Source: Clostridia bacterium (GTDB taxonomy: Bacteria; Bacillota; Clostridia; Christensenellales; QALW01). Taken from it: a stretch of DNA of 64,000 bases. Below, piece after piece: positions 27,312 through 35,398 of the stretch. The notes below the pieces were generated by a model. The model saw nothing but the letters and a program-made list of their open reading frames with translations, did no database searches and was not told the DNA's origin. Each line of letters starts with the position of its first letter. The stretch's first letter is position 1. The translations under genes and the position numbers were made by a program. The DNA lies in contig JAZRXI010000012.1 of the NCBI GenBank assembly GCA_045600145.1, positions 14,581 to 78,580 of the forward strand, written 5' to 3'.

Positions 27312-27842
27312 TTATCTGCCCTCGACTTTTCTTTGACGTGTAACATTTGAAAACAGCGGAAAAAGTAATGTCTGCGTGTTGCCGTTATCATATGTGACCG
27401 TCACTTTGATTATCTGCTCCGGTACGGTGCCGCTCGACGTAACATGTGTAGGCGTATCAAAACGGACGCCTTGAATATTGTTAAGGCTTTCGGTTTTCGC
27501 GGTTTCGACCGTTGAAATCTTTTCGCAAATCTTTGTATTTGATAAATACAATTCTGAAACGATTTGCGAATCACTTTTCCGCATTGCTTTGATTTTCGGC
27601 GTAGCCGAATTGCTGACCGTATACGTATAAGCTTCGCTGTCGTATTTCTTTATCCAATTATTTATGACCTTTTGTATCTCGGTCGTTTCCGAAATACGTT
27701 TCGCTTCTGTTGTTATCTCGGCTTGCTGATTTGAAGAAAAAATCATAAAAGCCACTATCATCGTTCCGACGATTGCGGCAACAGCCATAACAACAGATAA
27801 TTCGATAAGGGTAAAGCCCTTACGATCAAATAATCCCCTCAC
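27312..27842 (-). CDS. Prepilin-type N-terminal cleavage/methylation-domain protein (pilin/pseudopilin)
   Basis: MRGLFDRKGFTLIELSVVMAVAAIVG has the canonical G/FTLIE motif. 176 aa. Confidence 0.7.
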   Translation of the reverse strand: MRGLFDRKGFTLIELSVVMAVAAIVGTMIVAFMIFSSNQQAEITTEAKRISETTEIQKVINNWIKKYDSEAYTYTVSNSATPKIKAMRKSDSQIVSELYLSNTKICEKISTVETAKTESLNNIQGVRFDTPTHVTSSGTVPEQIIKVTVTYDNGNTQTLLFPLFSNVTRQRKVEGR

Positions 27843-27929
27843 TTAAACACCCTCCAAAACAAATTAAAACACAATATAAATCGCACACAAAGATAAAAGT
27901 ATAATGTACCAAATAAACTTCTTCAATAT

Positions 27930-27958
27930 ATTATAGCACAGCATTTATATTAAATCAA
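27930..27958 (-). promoter_or_regulatory. Candidate promoter of the pilin-like operon (TTGATT-17-TATAAT)
   Basis: On the minus strand: TTGATT (27958..27953), 17-nt spacer, TATAAT (27935..27930), about 85 nt upstream of ATG 27842. Confidence 0.45.
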
Positions 27959-28148
27959 CCGATTTGAATACAAAAACACGCAACTTTTGCTGAAATATTT
28001 AAGAAATCCATGTAATAATTTCAAGTTATTACCCTATCATATGCACTTTTGCAAGTTATGTGACATTTTTTATGCAGTAAAAGTTATTTGTGTTCAGCGT
28101 GGATTGACGCGTAACTTTGTTTATCGAAATGAAGCAACAGAATAACCG

Positions 28149-28290
28149 ATAATAAAAAACACAGTGCCTTCGCAAATATTTGCATTAGGCACTGTATTTA
28201 TTCCGCGCGAAGCGCAATAAAAGTTTTTTGCTACGTTTCTCCCAAAAAAGCGAGCATGGATGCGGGAATAAAGCCCCCGCAAAGACGAAG
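28149..28290 (-). repeat. Dispersed intergenic repeat including an intrinsic terminator (second full copy)
   Basis: Same 21-nt ataataaaaaacacagtgcct, hairpin ACAGTGCCT(28161..28169)/AGGCACTGT(28187..28195), gcgcgaagcgcaataaa, and a later gcgggaataaagcccccgcaaa. Confidence 0.6.
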
Positions 28291-28361
28291 TGCCAAGTGA
28301 CTCCGCCCCTTGCATGAGTTTTGGATGGAGTCCCGAATAAATCAGCGTCCCGCGAAGCATA

Positions 28362-29948
28362 TTATTCGAAATCGTTATGGAGCGGTTCAAATTCGAGGCT
28401 TTTTTGCTCCTTATGATCACCCGGCGATTTATGTTTATTTTCGGACATTTTCTTTTGATACTCATTGTCATCAATATCGAAGCTGTCATTAAAGCCCCAG
28501 TCGTGCTTGCGTTCCGCGTTTATGATTTTCTTGCTGTGCTTAACGGCAAGCACCGTAACAACGGCTATGATTATTATTCCCGCCGCAATGCCAATGACAA
28601 TCAAAACTATAGTCCAATCTATCTCGCTTTCCGTTTTTTCTTCAGTATCATCAGCAACCGTTATTCCGGCGGACGCGGGAGTATCGCGGAACAGATTAAC
28701 GTTCAGCATCTTCTGTATGGAATTGTCCTCAGTGCAGTAGAGAGCAAGATATTCCTTTCCGTTAAGCTCGTTGAGGACATATAAAACATAATACTCCTCA
28801 CCGAGATAGTCATTCTGCCATGCAGGGTACTCATTTCCGCCTATGAATATGCTTGTCTTTTTGTAGTTTGACGGGAGCAGTATCATTTCCGGTGCAAGTA
28901 CCGTATATACGCTTGACGAACGTTCGAGTGTGCGTCTCTTTTCGAATGTGCCTGACTTCACGTTAAAAATATACAGCTCACTGTTTGCACCGTCAGAAAG
29001 CTCGGCAAGCCGCACGCTTCCGAGAACGTATGTCTGTATCTCGTAATCGTTATACATGCAGTACTGAAGCTCATAGCCCTGCGGCGCTGCTATCGACAAT
29101 GTCGGCATCACCTCATATTCAATGCCGTCAACGGTGGCGGTGAGCTTTACTGACGGAGTTACGGGTGTCTCGGCTGTCGGTGTGGGCGTAGGCGTAACTT
29201 CTCCCGGAACTGCGGCACGTATTATCTTCACAGTATACGTCTTTGTCGTACCGTCCTGAGCCGTTATCTTGACGCTTCGCTTATTTTCACCGACACTGAG
29301 CTTTACGGAGCCGGAAACGCTGTCCTTTGCGTTTGAGTCGGAAAGCTTCCAATCCATCGGGAACGATTCAACGTCTGACGGAACATTACATGTGTATTCC
29401 GTTATATTCGGTGAAAAGGCGGGTACGAGCGTGCATCCCGCCGGAACGGTAAGCGACTTGAGGTTGCAATCTGATGAAAGATGCTGATCGGGACGTGCCT
29501 TGACGGTCACGCTGACAGATGCCGTCGGCGAGCCGAGCGAAACAAAGTTAACATCGGTAAGTCCTACCTCGGGAAATGCGATATCAAAGCTTCCGCTGCC
29601 TATCGCATTAGCCTTGAATACCGCGGATACCTTGTATGTCGCCGATGTGCTTTTTGCGTCGAAATATGATATTTTTATCCGATCATCGGTAATAAGACTG
29701 CCCTCGCCTCCCGATGAAAGCGATACATAGCTGAATTTGGAATCATCAAATTCTATCTGCGGTTCAGCCGCGCAAATGTTGTTGTCGGCTGTAAATGTGA
29801 ATGTTACGGTAACATTATCACCGACATGCACAACGGATGAAGAAACGCTCGTCTTTACCGATGCCGACGCAAGCGCGCCGAACGATAAAAGCGTTAAAAA
29901 CACCGCCGAAGCGATCATGCATGCAATGGCTTTTTTGATATATTTCAT
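28362..29948 (-). CDS. Surface protein: signal peptide, cohesin-like domain, cadherin-like beta-sandwich, Pro/Thr linker, unknown domain, C-terminal TM anchor
   Basis: VVHVGDNVTVTFTFTADNNICAAEPQIEFDDSKFSYVS (cohesin-like pattern). CNLKSLTVPAGCTLVPAFSPNITEYTCNV (cadherin-like). TPTPTPTAETPVTP linker. TM segment IVLIVIGIAAGIIIIAVVTVLAV. Confidence 0.5.
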   Translation of the reverse strand: MKYIKKAIACMIASAVFLTLLSFGALASASVKTSVSSSVVHVGDNVTVTFTFTADNNICAAEPQIEFDDSKFSYVSLSSGGEGSLITDDRIKISYFDAKSTSATYKVSAVFKANAIGSGSFDIAFPEVGLTDVNFVSLGSPTASVSVTVKARPDQHLSSDCNLKSLTVPAGCTLVPAFSPNITEYTCNVPSDVESFPMDWKLSDSNAKDSVSGSVKLSVGENKRSVKITAQDGTTKTYTVKIIRAAVPGEVTPTPTPTAETPVTPSVKLTATVDGIEYEVMPTLSIAAPQGYELQYCMYNDYEIQTYVLGSVRLAELSDGANSELYIFNVKSGTFEKRRTLERSSSVYTVLAPEMILLPSNYKKTSIFIGGNEYPAWQNDYLGEEYYVLYVLNELNGKEYLALYCTEDNSIQKMLNVNLFRDTPASAGITVADDTEEKTESEIDWTIVLIVIGIAAGIIIIAVVTVLAVKHSKKIINAERKHDWGFNDSFDIDDNEYQKKMSENKHKSPGDHKEQKSLEFEPLHNDFE

Positions 29949-29961
29949 AATGATGTCTCCT

Positions 29962-31926
29962 TTATTTGATGCCGAGTATCGATTTCTGACAGGCGAGCAG
30001 ATCGAGGGAATTTATATTTCCGTCACGGTTGAAATCCGCAGAACGCAAAAAAGCTTCTCCGTTCAACAGCTTCATTTGTAATATGTGCTTCTGAGTATTC
30101 AAAAGGTCAAGTGAATTTACTTTGCCGTCTCCCGTTGAATCTCCGAAAACAACACTGTAATATGTCTGCACACATTCGCTTCCGCGGTAAATGCGCACAG
30201 CATCGCCGGTTTTCATTATATCGGAAGCGGACTTTTCCTTGCTGTCGGATGAATACGCCTTCACACTGCATCCGTCTGCCGACACTGCAAGCTTTGATAC
30301 CGCGGTGTTTTCGGGAATATCTTCAAGCAATGTACCGTTTATTTTATACGATGTTTTGATGCCGATATCCGAAGGCGGCTCGGTCGGCGTGACCTCGCTG
30401 CCCGCGTTCGGATCCTTTATACGCTCGATAAATATACTGTATGTGCGCTTCGTTCCGTTTGTCGCCGTGACGGTGACATCTATTTCATTTGAACCGATAT
30501 CCAGCCTGTAAACGCCTGCACCCGAGATCGTCGCTTCGGCATCGCTTGCAGTAGCATGCACTCCGATAAACTCGGCAGTCGTATAGGTTTCGTACTGATA
30601 TGTATATCTGTCAAATGCGGTATTGAACGTAAGCGCCTCAACGTAGAGCTGTGTAAGCAGGTTGTTCGCACTGCCGGTACGCAGGGGCATCGGGTTCAGC
30701 TCGTCGGGCATGTTGCCGTATACAGGTATCAGAAAGTTGAGTGCAGTATCCTCGGCAGGTGATCCGGCTATCGCCTTGCGCAGTGTGGAGCATTCCGACA
30801 CCGCCGCGGAAATATTCGTCATATACTGATGACCGTAAAAGCCGTTGCCGCCGTCTACGACATCGTACTTTTGCAGATAAAGCGTGTTCTGTCCGACATT
30901 TATGTAGCTTTTTGCCAAAAACTCCGCACCGCCGAGCAATGACTTATAAATGCTGTTCCAGCCCTTGTTCTTTGCGTAGATAGCACCGTTCATTATCGCG
31001 CTTCTGCCGTCGTGCGCGTATGCTCCGATATCAAAATGATTGTAATACCCTTCGTAGCCCTCTACCGTACCGTGTGCAAGTCTGTTTCCCGTACTCCCCT
31101 GCTCAAGCCGTATTCGCGCCGCGAGCAGATAGGGTGAAACGCCTGCCGCCTTTGATGCCTTGATGATAGCTTCGGCATAAGTCATGTCGTCTCCCGCCGG
31201 GGCATCATGCATGAATGTTCCCGCAAGCATCACATCGATCGTCGCGGCATCGACTGCGCTTCCGTCATCCGAAAGCGTCAGGAACTGATATACGCTGTCG
31301 TTGAAAAAATTACGCGGATCAAGATAATATGCTATAGCCTCTGTGCATGCCTGAACCCAGTTTCCGCTGTCAAAGGAATACCATGTATTTGTATTCCAAT
31401 TGTACGCGCCTTTTTCATATGACATCCACGCTTTGGGGCTCTGAATGAGATTTCTGCCGATGACACACTCGTTTTTCATGAGCGTTTCCCATGATATATT
31501 TGTTATGAGCGCCGAGAATTTCCATGTCGGGTGAAGCTTGTGAAGCTCACGCAGACCCGCCTTATAGCTTTCCGGGAATGCCGCTATTTCTTCCTCGAAC
31601 GCGCTTTCATCGCCCGGAGCTATCTCCTTGAATATGATGAAATCGGCCCGCGCATAGCCGGTATAGCCATTGGCGGATATCTTATACCATTTTTCGCCCG
31701 CACTGTTCTCCGCTATGCCTTCAACGAAAACCTTTGAATTTTTCGCAACGGTAGTGACTATCGAAAACTGTGTTCCCGCACCGCTTCGGATGTTCAGGTC
31801 GGCGGACTGTGTGTTGACAGTGCCTATGCCGGAAAGCACCTTCTCCTCGTCAGCACACACACTTACTGTGAGCATCATAGTTATCAACACGGCACACAGT
31901 GCAAGCACCATAAATTTTACTTTCAT
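29962..31926 (-). CDS. Secreted SH3b + glucosaminidase (GH73-like) peptidoglycan hydrolase with a cadherin-like domain and C-terminal dockerin
   Basis: Signal peptide. SH3b (ADLNIRSGAGTQFSIV...KWYKISANGYTGYARADFI). GVSPYLLAARIRLEQGSTG (glucosaminidase-type Glu). C-terminus GDSTGDGKVNSLDLLNTQKHIL...ADFNRDGNINSLDLLACQKSIL, a duplicated dockerin Ca-binding repeat. Confidence 0.65.
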   Translation of the reverse strand: MKVKFMVLALCAVLITMMLTVSVCADEEKVLSGIGTVNTQSADLNIRSGAGTQFSIVTTVAKNSKVFVEGIAENSAGEKWYKISANGYTGYARADFIIFKEIAPGDESAFEEEIAAFPESYKAGLRELHKLHPTWKFSALITNISWETLMKNECVIGRNLIQSPKAWMSYEKGAYNWNTNTWYSFDSGNWVQACTEAIAYYLDPRNFFNDSVYQFLTLSDDGSAVDAATIDVMLAGTFMHDAPAGDDMTYAEAIIKASKAAGVSPYLLAARIRLEQGSTGNRLAHGTVEGYEGYYNHFDIGAYAHDGRSAIMNGAIYAKNKGWNSIYKSLLGGAEFLAKSYINVGQNTLYLQKYDVVDGGNGFYGHQYMTNISAAVSECSTLRKAIAGSPAEDTALNFLIPVYGNMPDELNPMPLRTGSANNLLTQLYVEALTFNTAFDRYTYQYETYTTAEFIGVHATASDAEATISGAGVYRLDIGSNEIDVTVTATNGTKRTYSIFIERIKDPNAGSEVTPTEPPSDIGIKTSYKINGTLLEDIPENTAVSKLAVSADGCSVKAYSSDSKEKSASDIMKTGDAVRIYRGSECVQTYYSVVFGDSTGDGKVNSLDLLNTQKHILQMKLLNGEAFLRSADFNRDGNINSLDLLACQKSILGIK

Positions 31927-32148
31927 TATCCTAACTCCGTAATGTTGTCAAATATATAATATTTTGCATTTTCCGAATATAGTATATCACACTTGCATCA
32001 ACTTTGCAATACTTTTGTAATAAATCAAAAGAAATTGTGCTTTTTTGTCGTGGAAATGCGTATTGCAATGCAAGAGCGCTTGTTGCTTTCGACTTGATAT
32101 AGCATAATGAAGTTTATACGCGAAATTTTAAGTTTTTCAAAAAAACAG

Positions 32149-32177
32149 TTGACAAATATCCGATACGGTAGTATCAT
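32149..32177 (+). promoter_or_regulatory. Promoter of the infC-rpmI-rplT operon (TTGACA-17-TATCAT)
   Basis: TTGACA at 32149..32154, 17-nt spacer, TATCAT at 32172..32177. Confidence 0.5.
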
Positions 32178-32184
32178 CTTATGT

Positions 32185-32292
32185 GCAAAGCAGGAGCTAC
32201 CCGCTTCTCACCTGTCGGCAAGCGCGCCGCACACGGTTACCAATAAGGCTTTTTTATGCGGGTGGTGTCATGCTGTCCGCATTATTTTATTT
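32185..32292 (+). promoter_or_regulatory. Probable L20-type ribosomal leader with attenuator terminator
   Basis: About 120-nt leader ending in ATGCGG(32256..32261)...CCGCAT(32277..32282) + TATTTTATTT just before infC. Position and architecture match the Firmicute L20 leader. Covariance not tested. Confidence 0.45.
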
Positions 32293-32305
32293 GGGGGTGT
32301 TCAAC

Positions 32306-32809
32306 ATTACAGAATTGGCAATCAATGATGAAATCAGAGAAAAGGAAGTCCGCGTTATCGCCGCCGACGGCAGTCAGGTCGGAGTAGTTCCGATAGAGCA
32401 GGCAAAAAGAATGGCAGAGCAGGCAGAGCTTGATTTGTGTCTTATTTCACCCAAGGCAGTGCCGCCCGTAGCAAAAATAATGGACTACGGCAAGTACCGT
32501 TTTGAGACACAGAAGAGAGAAAAAGAATCACGTAAGAATCAAAAGGTCATCGCCATGCACGAGATCCAACTTTCCGCCACTATCGAAAAGCATGACATGG
32601 AAGTCAAGGCGAAGAAAGCGCTTGAGTTTATCAAGGACGGTGACAAGGTAAAAGTTTCGATACGTTTCCGTGCCCGTCAGATAACGCATCCCGAAATCGG
32701 TCATCAGATAATGGCTATTTTCTGCGAAATGCTGAAGGACGACGCCAAGGTTGAGAAAAAGCCCGTACTTGAGGGCAGAAATCTCATAATGATAATGTCT
32801 GCACTATAA
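32306..32809 (+). CDS. infC: Translation initiation factor IF-3 (ATT start)
   Basis: ITELAINDEIREKEVRVIAADGSQVGVV... is the canonical IF-3 N-terminus. In-frame ATT at 32306 lies 7 nt after GGGGGTG. The upstream 41 aa in the ORF track are leader, not protein. Confidence 0.85.
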   Translation: MTELAINDEIREKEVRVIAADGSQVGVVPIEQAKRMAEQAELDLCLISPKAVPPVAKIMDYGKYRFETQKREKESRKNQKVIAMHEIQLSATIEKHDMEVKAKKALEFIKDGDKVKVSIRFRARQITHPEIGHQIMAIFCEMLKDDAKVEKKPVLEGRNLIMIMSAL

Positions 32810-32832
32810 ATCTTTTTAGGAGGTAAAATACT

Positions 32833-33030
32833 ATGCCAAAAATGAAAACCCACAGAGGTGCGGCTAAGAGATTCGGTCTCACCGCTACAGGAAAAGTCAA
32901 GAGAGGCAAGGCTTACAGAAGCCATATCCTGACAAAAAAATCAACAAAAAGAAAGAGAAATCTGCGTAAGGGCGGCTATATTGCCGAATGCGAAAGTGCA
33001 AATATTCGCAAGCTGATACCTTATAAGTAA
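32833..33030 (+). CDS. rpmI: 50S ribosomal protein L35
   Basis: [14 protein letters not shown]...; 65 aa; SD AGGAGG. Confidence 0.92.
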   Translation: MPKMKTHRGAAKRFGLTATGKVKRGKAYRSHILTKKSTKRKRNLRKGGYIAECESANIRKLIPYK

Positions 33031-33050
33031 GCTTTGGGAGGAAATAAAAA

Positions 33051-33401
33051 ATGAGAATTAAAAGAGCAGTCAATACAAAAAAGAATCATAAGAAAGTCCT
33101 TAAGCTTGCCAAAGGTTATTTCGGTGCGAAAAGCAGACAGTTCCGTATAGCCAACGAAGCAGTTATGAAATCTCAGGCTTATGCTTTCGTAGGACGCAAG
33201 CTCAAGAAGAGAGATTTCCGTTCACTTTGGATAACCCGTATCAACGCTGCGGCAAGACTTAACGGTCTTAATTACAGCAAGCTTATCTGCGGTCTTAAAA
33301 AAGCAGGTATCGAAATCAACCGCAAAATGCTTGCGGAGCTTGCAGTATATAATGCACCTGCATTTGCACAGCTTGCCGAGGTTGCAAAGAAAAACCTGTA
33401 A
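33051..33401 (+). CDS. rplT: 50S ribosomal protein L20
   Basis: [32 protein letters not shown]...; 116 aa. Confidence 0.92.
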   Translation: MRIKRAVNTKKNHKKVLKLAKGYFGAKSRQFRIANEAVMKSQAYAFVGRKLKKRDFRSLWITRINAAARLNGLNYSKLICGLKKAGIEINRKMLAELAVYNAPAFAQLAEVAKKNL

Positions 33402-33412
33402 TAAAAAGTTGC

Positions 33413-33449
33413 GCGCAATGCAGACAAGCTCTGTATTGCGCACTTTTTT
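33413..33449 (+). terminator. Intrinsic terminator after rplT
   Basis: 12-bp stem GCGCAATGCAGA/TCTGTATTGCGC (one G-U pair) followed by ACTTTTTTG. Confidence 0.7.
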
Positions 33450-33464
33450 GTGTTCGGAGAAAAA

Positions 33465-34226
33465 ATGCAAGCTATTACAAGCACGTCAAATGAACGTATA
33501 AAATTTCTAAAGACACTCAAAAGCAAAAAAGGCAGAGAAAGCACAAAAACATATCTCATCGAGGGCAAGCGTGCCGTGCTTGACGCTATGGCGCACGGAG
33601 TAAAATTCGAGTGTGTGCTTGCCGAGGAAGCCTTTTTGAGTGACATCGCCGCGGATTGCGAAATCATATGTGTTTCGCATCGTGTTATTGAAGCGCTGTC
33701 GGAGACTTCAAGCCCCGAGGGCATTATCGCGCAGGCAAAAATGTTCGATACTTCGTTTTCGGCAAATGAGCTCAGCGGGATTACCATATTCCTTGACAAA
33801 CTTCAGGATGCCGGCAATCTCGGTACGATAATCCGCACGGCGGATGCTGCGGGAGCTTCGGCAGTGATACTGTCGCCCGGATGCGTGGAGCTGTTCAATC
33901 CGAAAACCGTGCGTGCAACGATGAGCTCAATATTCAATGTTCGCGTAATGATTGCCGATGACAGCATTATGGCACTTACAGAATTGAAAAAACAGGGCTA
34001 CACCGTACTTGCCGCGGTGCTCGGTGGTGAGGACTTTTATTCTTCGGATTTTGCGCAAAACGAAAAAAACTGCGTTATAATAGGCAACGAGGGCAACGGC
34101 ATTTCCGCACCCGTGCTTGATATCGCGGATAAAAAAATTTCTTTGCCGATGCGCGGCGGTGCAGAATCACTCAACGCAAGCGTTGCGGCGGGAATACTCA
34201 TATACGGATTAACTTTTGAAAAATAA
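33465..34226 (+). CDS. TrmH/SpoU-family RNA 2'-O-methyltransferase
   Basis: LQDAGNLGTIIRTADAAG, IIGNEGNGIS and ESLNASVAAGILIY are SpoU motifs 1-3. Start at ATG 33465 after GGAG. Confidence 0.8.
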   Translation: MQAITSTSNERIKFLKTLKSKKGRESTKTYLIEGKRAVLDAMAHGVKFECVLAEEAFLSDIAADCEIICVSHRVIEALSETSSPEGIIAQAKMFDTSFSANELSGITIFLDKLQDAGNLGTIIRTADAAGASAVILSPGCVELFNPKTVRATMSSIFNVRVMIADDSIMALTELKKQGYTVLAAVLGGEDFYSSDFAQNEKNCVIIGNEGNGISAPVLDIADKKISLPMRGGAESLNASVAAGILIYGLTFEK

Positions 34227-34238
34227 AGGAGAATTATT

Positions 34239-34985
34239 ATGTCAGGACATTCAAAATGGGCAAATATCAAAAATAAAAAAGCGAAGACCGATGCAGCAAA
34301 AGGCAAGGTCTTCACCAAAATAGGCAGAGAGCTTGCCGTTGCGGTAAAATCAGGCGGAGCCGACCCGAGCGTCAATTCCAAGCTTGCCGATGTCATCGCC
34401 AAGGCGAAAGCAAACAATATGCCTAATGACACTATCGCACGCAGTATCAAAAAAGCGGCGGGCGAAGGTGACAGCGTAAACTACGACGAGCTTACATACG
34501 AGGGCTACGGTCCTGCGGGCGTGGCTGTTATCGTCGAAATTCTGACCGACAACCGTAACCGCACCGCAAGTGAAATACGTCATATCTTTGATAAGGCAGG
34601 CGGTTCGATGGGCGCGACCGGCTGTGTTTCGTGGATGTTCGACAAAAAAGGCGTCATCGTTATCGAAAATGGCGGCTCAATAGATGAAGAAACACTTATG
34701 ATGAGCGCACTTGACGCAGGTGCGGAGGACTTCATGCCGAACGAAGATACGTTCGAAATATACACCGCGCCCGATGATTTTTCTTCAGTGCGCAAGGCTC
34801 TTGAGGACGCAGGTTATACGTTCCTTGATGCTCAGATCGACATGATACCGCAGAACACCGTTCCCGTAAATCAGGAAGATGTTCTTAAGAAGATATATTG
34901 GATGCTCGATCAGTTCGACGACAATGATGACGTTCAAAACGTATATCACAACGCAGAGCTTCCCGAGGAAGAGGAAGAGGATTAA
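34239..34985 (+). CDS. yebC: YebC/PmpR-family transcriptional regulator
   Basis: MSGHSKWANIKNKKAKTDAAKGKVFTKIGRE... is the canonical YebC N-terminus. Confidence 0.9.
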   Translation: MSGHSKWANIKNKKAKTDAAKGKVFTKIGRELAVAVKSGGADPSVNSKLADVIAKAKANNMPNDTIARSIKKAAGEGDSVNYDELTYEGYGPAGVAVIVEILTDNRNRTASEIRHIFDKAGGSMGATGCVSWMFDKKGVIVIENGGSIDEETLMMSALDAGAEDFMPNEDTFEIYTAPDDFSSVRKALEDAGYTFLDAQIDMIPQNTVPVNQEDVLKKIYWMLDQFDDNDDVQNVYHNAELPEEEEED

Positions 34986-35043
34986 GCCGAAAACAAATTC
35001 AAAATTCTAATTTGCTTTTCGCAAGTGATCCGCGAATATTGCC

Positions 35044-35079
35044 AAGCCGCTGTTTTTGTAATAAAACAGCGGCTTTTCG
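35044..35079 (+). terminator. Intrinsic terminator after yebC
   Basis: AAGCCGCTGTTTT...AAAACAGCGGCTT stem followed by TTTCGG. Confidence 0.55.
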
Positions 35080-35121
35080 GTATAATAATACAAAGCAGTA
35101 TCGAAGGAGTTGAAAAAAAAC

Positions 35122-35229
35122 ATGCTTGCGATAATAATGTTTTTTTGCGGAGCTATGGTCGGCGGAGTTGTGGGCGTGGTAACAATGTGTTTTATGCAAA
35201 TAAACCACCTCAGCGGGCGGGATGAATAG
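35122..35229 (+). CDS. Unannotated 35-aa hydrophobic peptide (DUF3789-like small membrane protein)
   Basis: GAAGGAG SD 11 nt upstream of the ATG. MLAIIMFFCGAMVGGVVGVVTMCFMQINHLSGRDE has a single TM. It is below the ORF-track size cut-off. Confidence 0.4.
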   Translation: MLAIIMFFCGAMVGGVVGVVTMCFMQINHLSGRDE

Positions 35230-35337
35230 AGTTTTTTTGCGGTGATGCTTTTCCCTTTTTGATTTCTGTCCCCTGCATGTGGAAGCTGTCCCCATGCAGG
35301 AGGGGTTGGAACTGAACCCCAAGTGTATCTCCCTAAT

Positions 35338-35366
35338 TTGACAAATCAAAGTGAATATGGTACTAT
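35338..35366 (+). promoter_or_regulatory. Candidate promoter (TTGACA-17-TACTAT)
   Basis: TTGACA at 35338..35343, 17-nt spacer, TACTAT at 35361..35366, upstream of the TVP38 gene. Confidence 0.45.
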
Positions 35367-35398
35367 ACTCACAACATACAAATACTTACAGGGGAACC

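Noticed and set aside
28121-28489. 122-aa minus-strand ORF in the 519-nt gap upstream of the pilin-like operon
   Set aside because: It overlaps the 3' end of the 528-aa surface-protein gene and runs through the repeat/terminator element. It has no SD and basic low-complexity composition, so it is more likely non-coding.
24480-31926. Calling this a complete type IV pilus or competence pseudopilus locus
   Set aside because: No PilB/ComGA ATPase, PilC/ComGB platform, prepilin peptidase or obvious major pilin is present in the window. Only three pilin-like genes can be supported.
35122-35229. Interpreting the DUF3789-like mini-ORF as evidence for an integrated conjugative element
   Set aside because: There is no integrase, relaxase, T4SS or direct-repeat boundary nearby, and the flanking genes (yebC, TVP38) are ordinary chromosomal genes.
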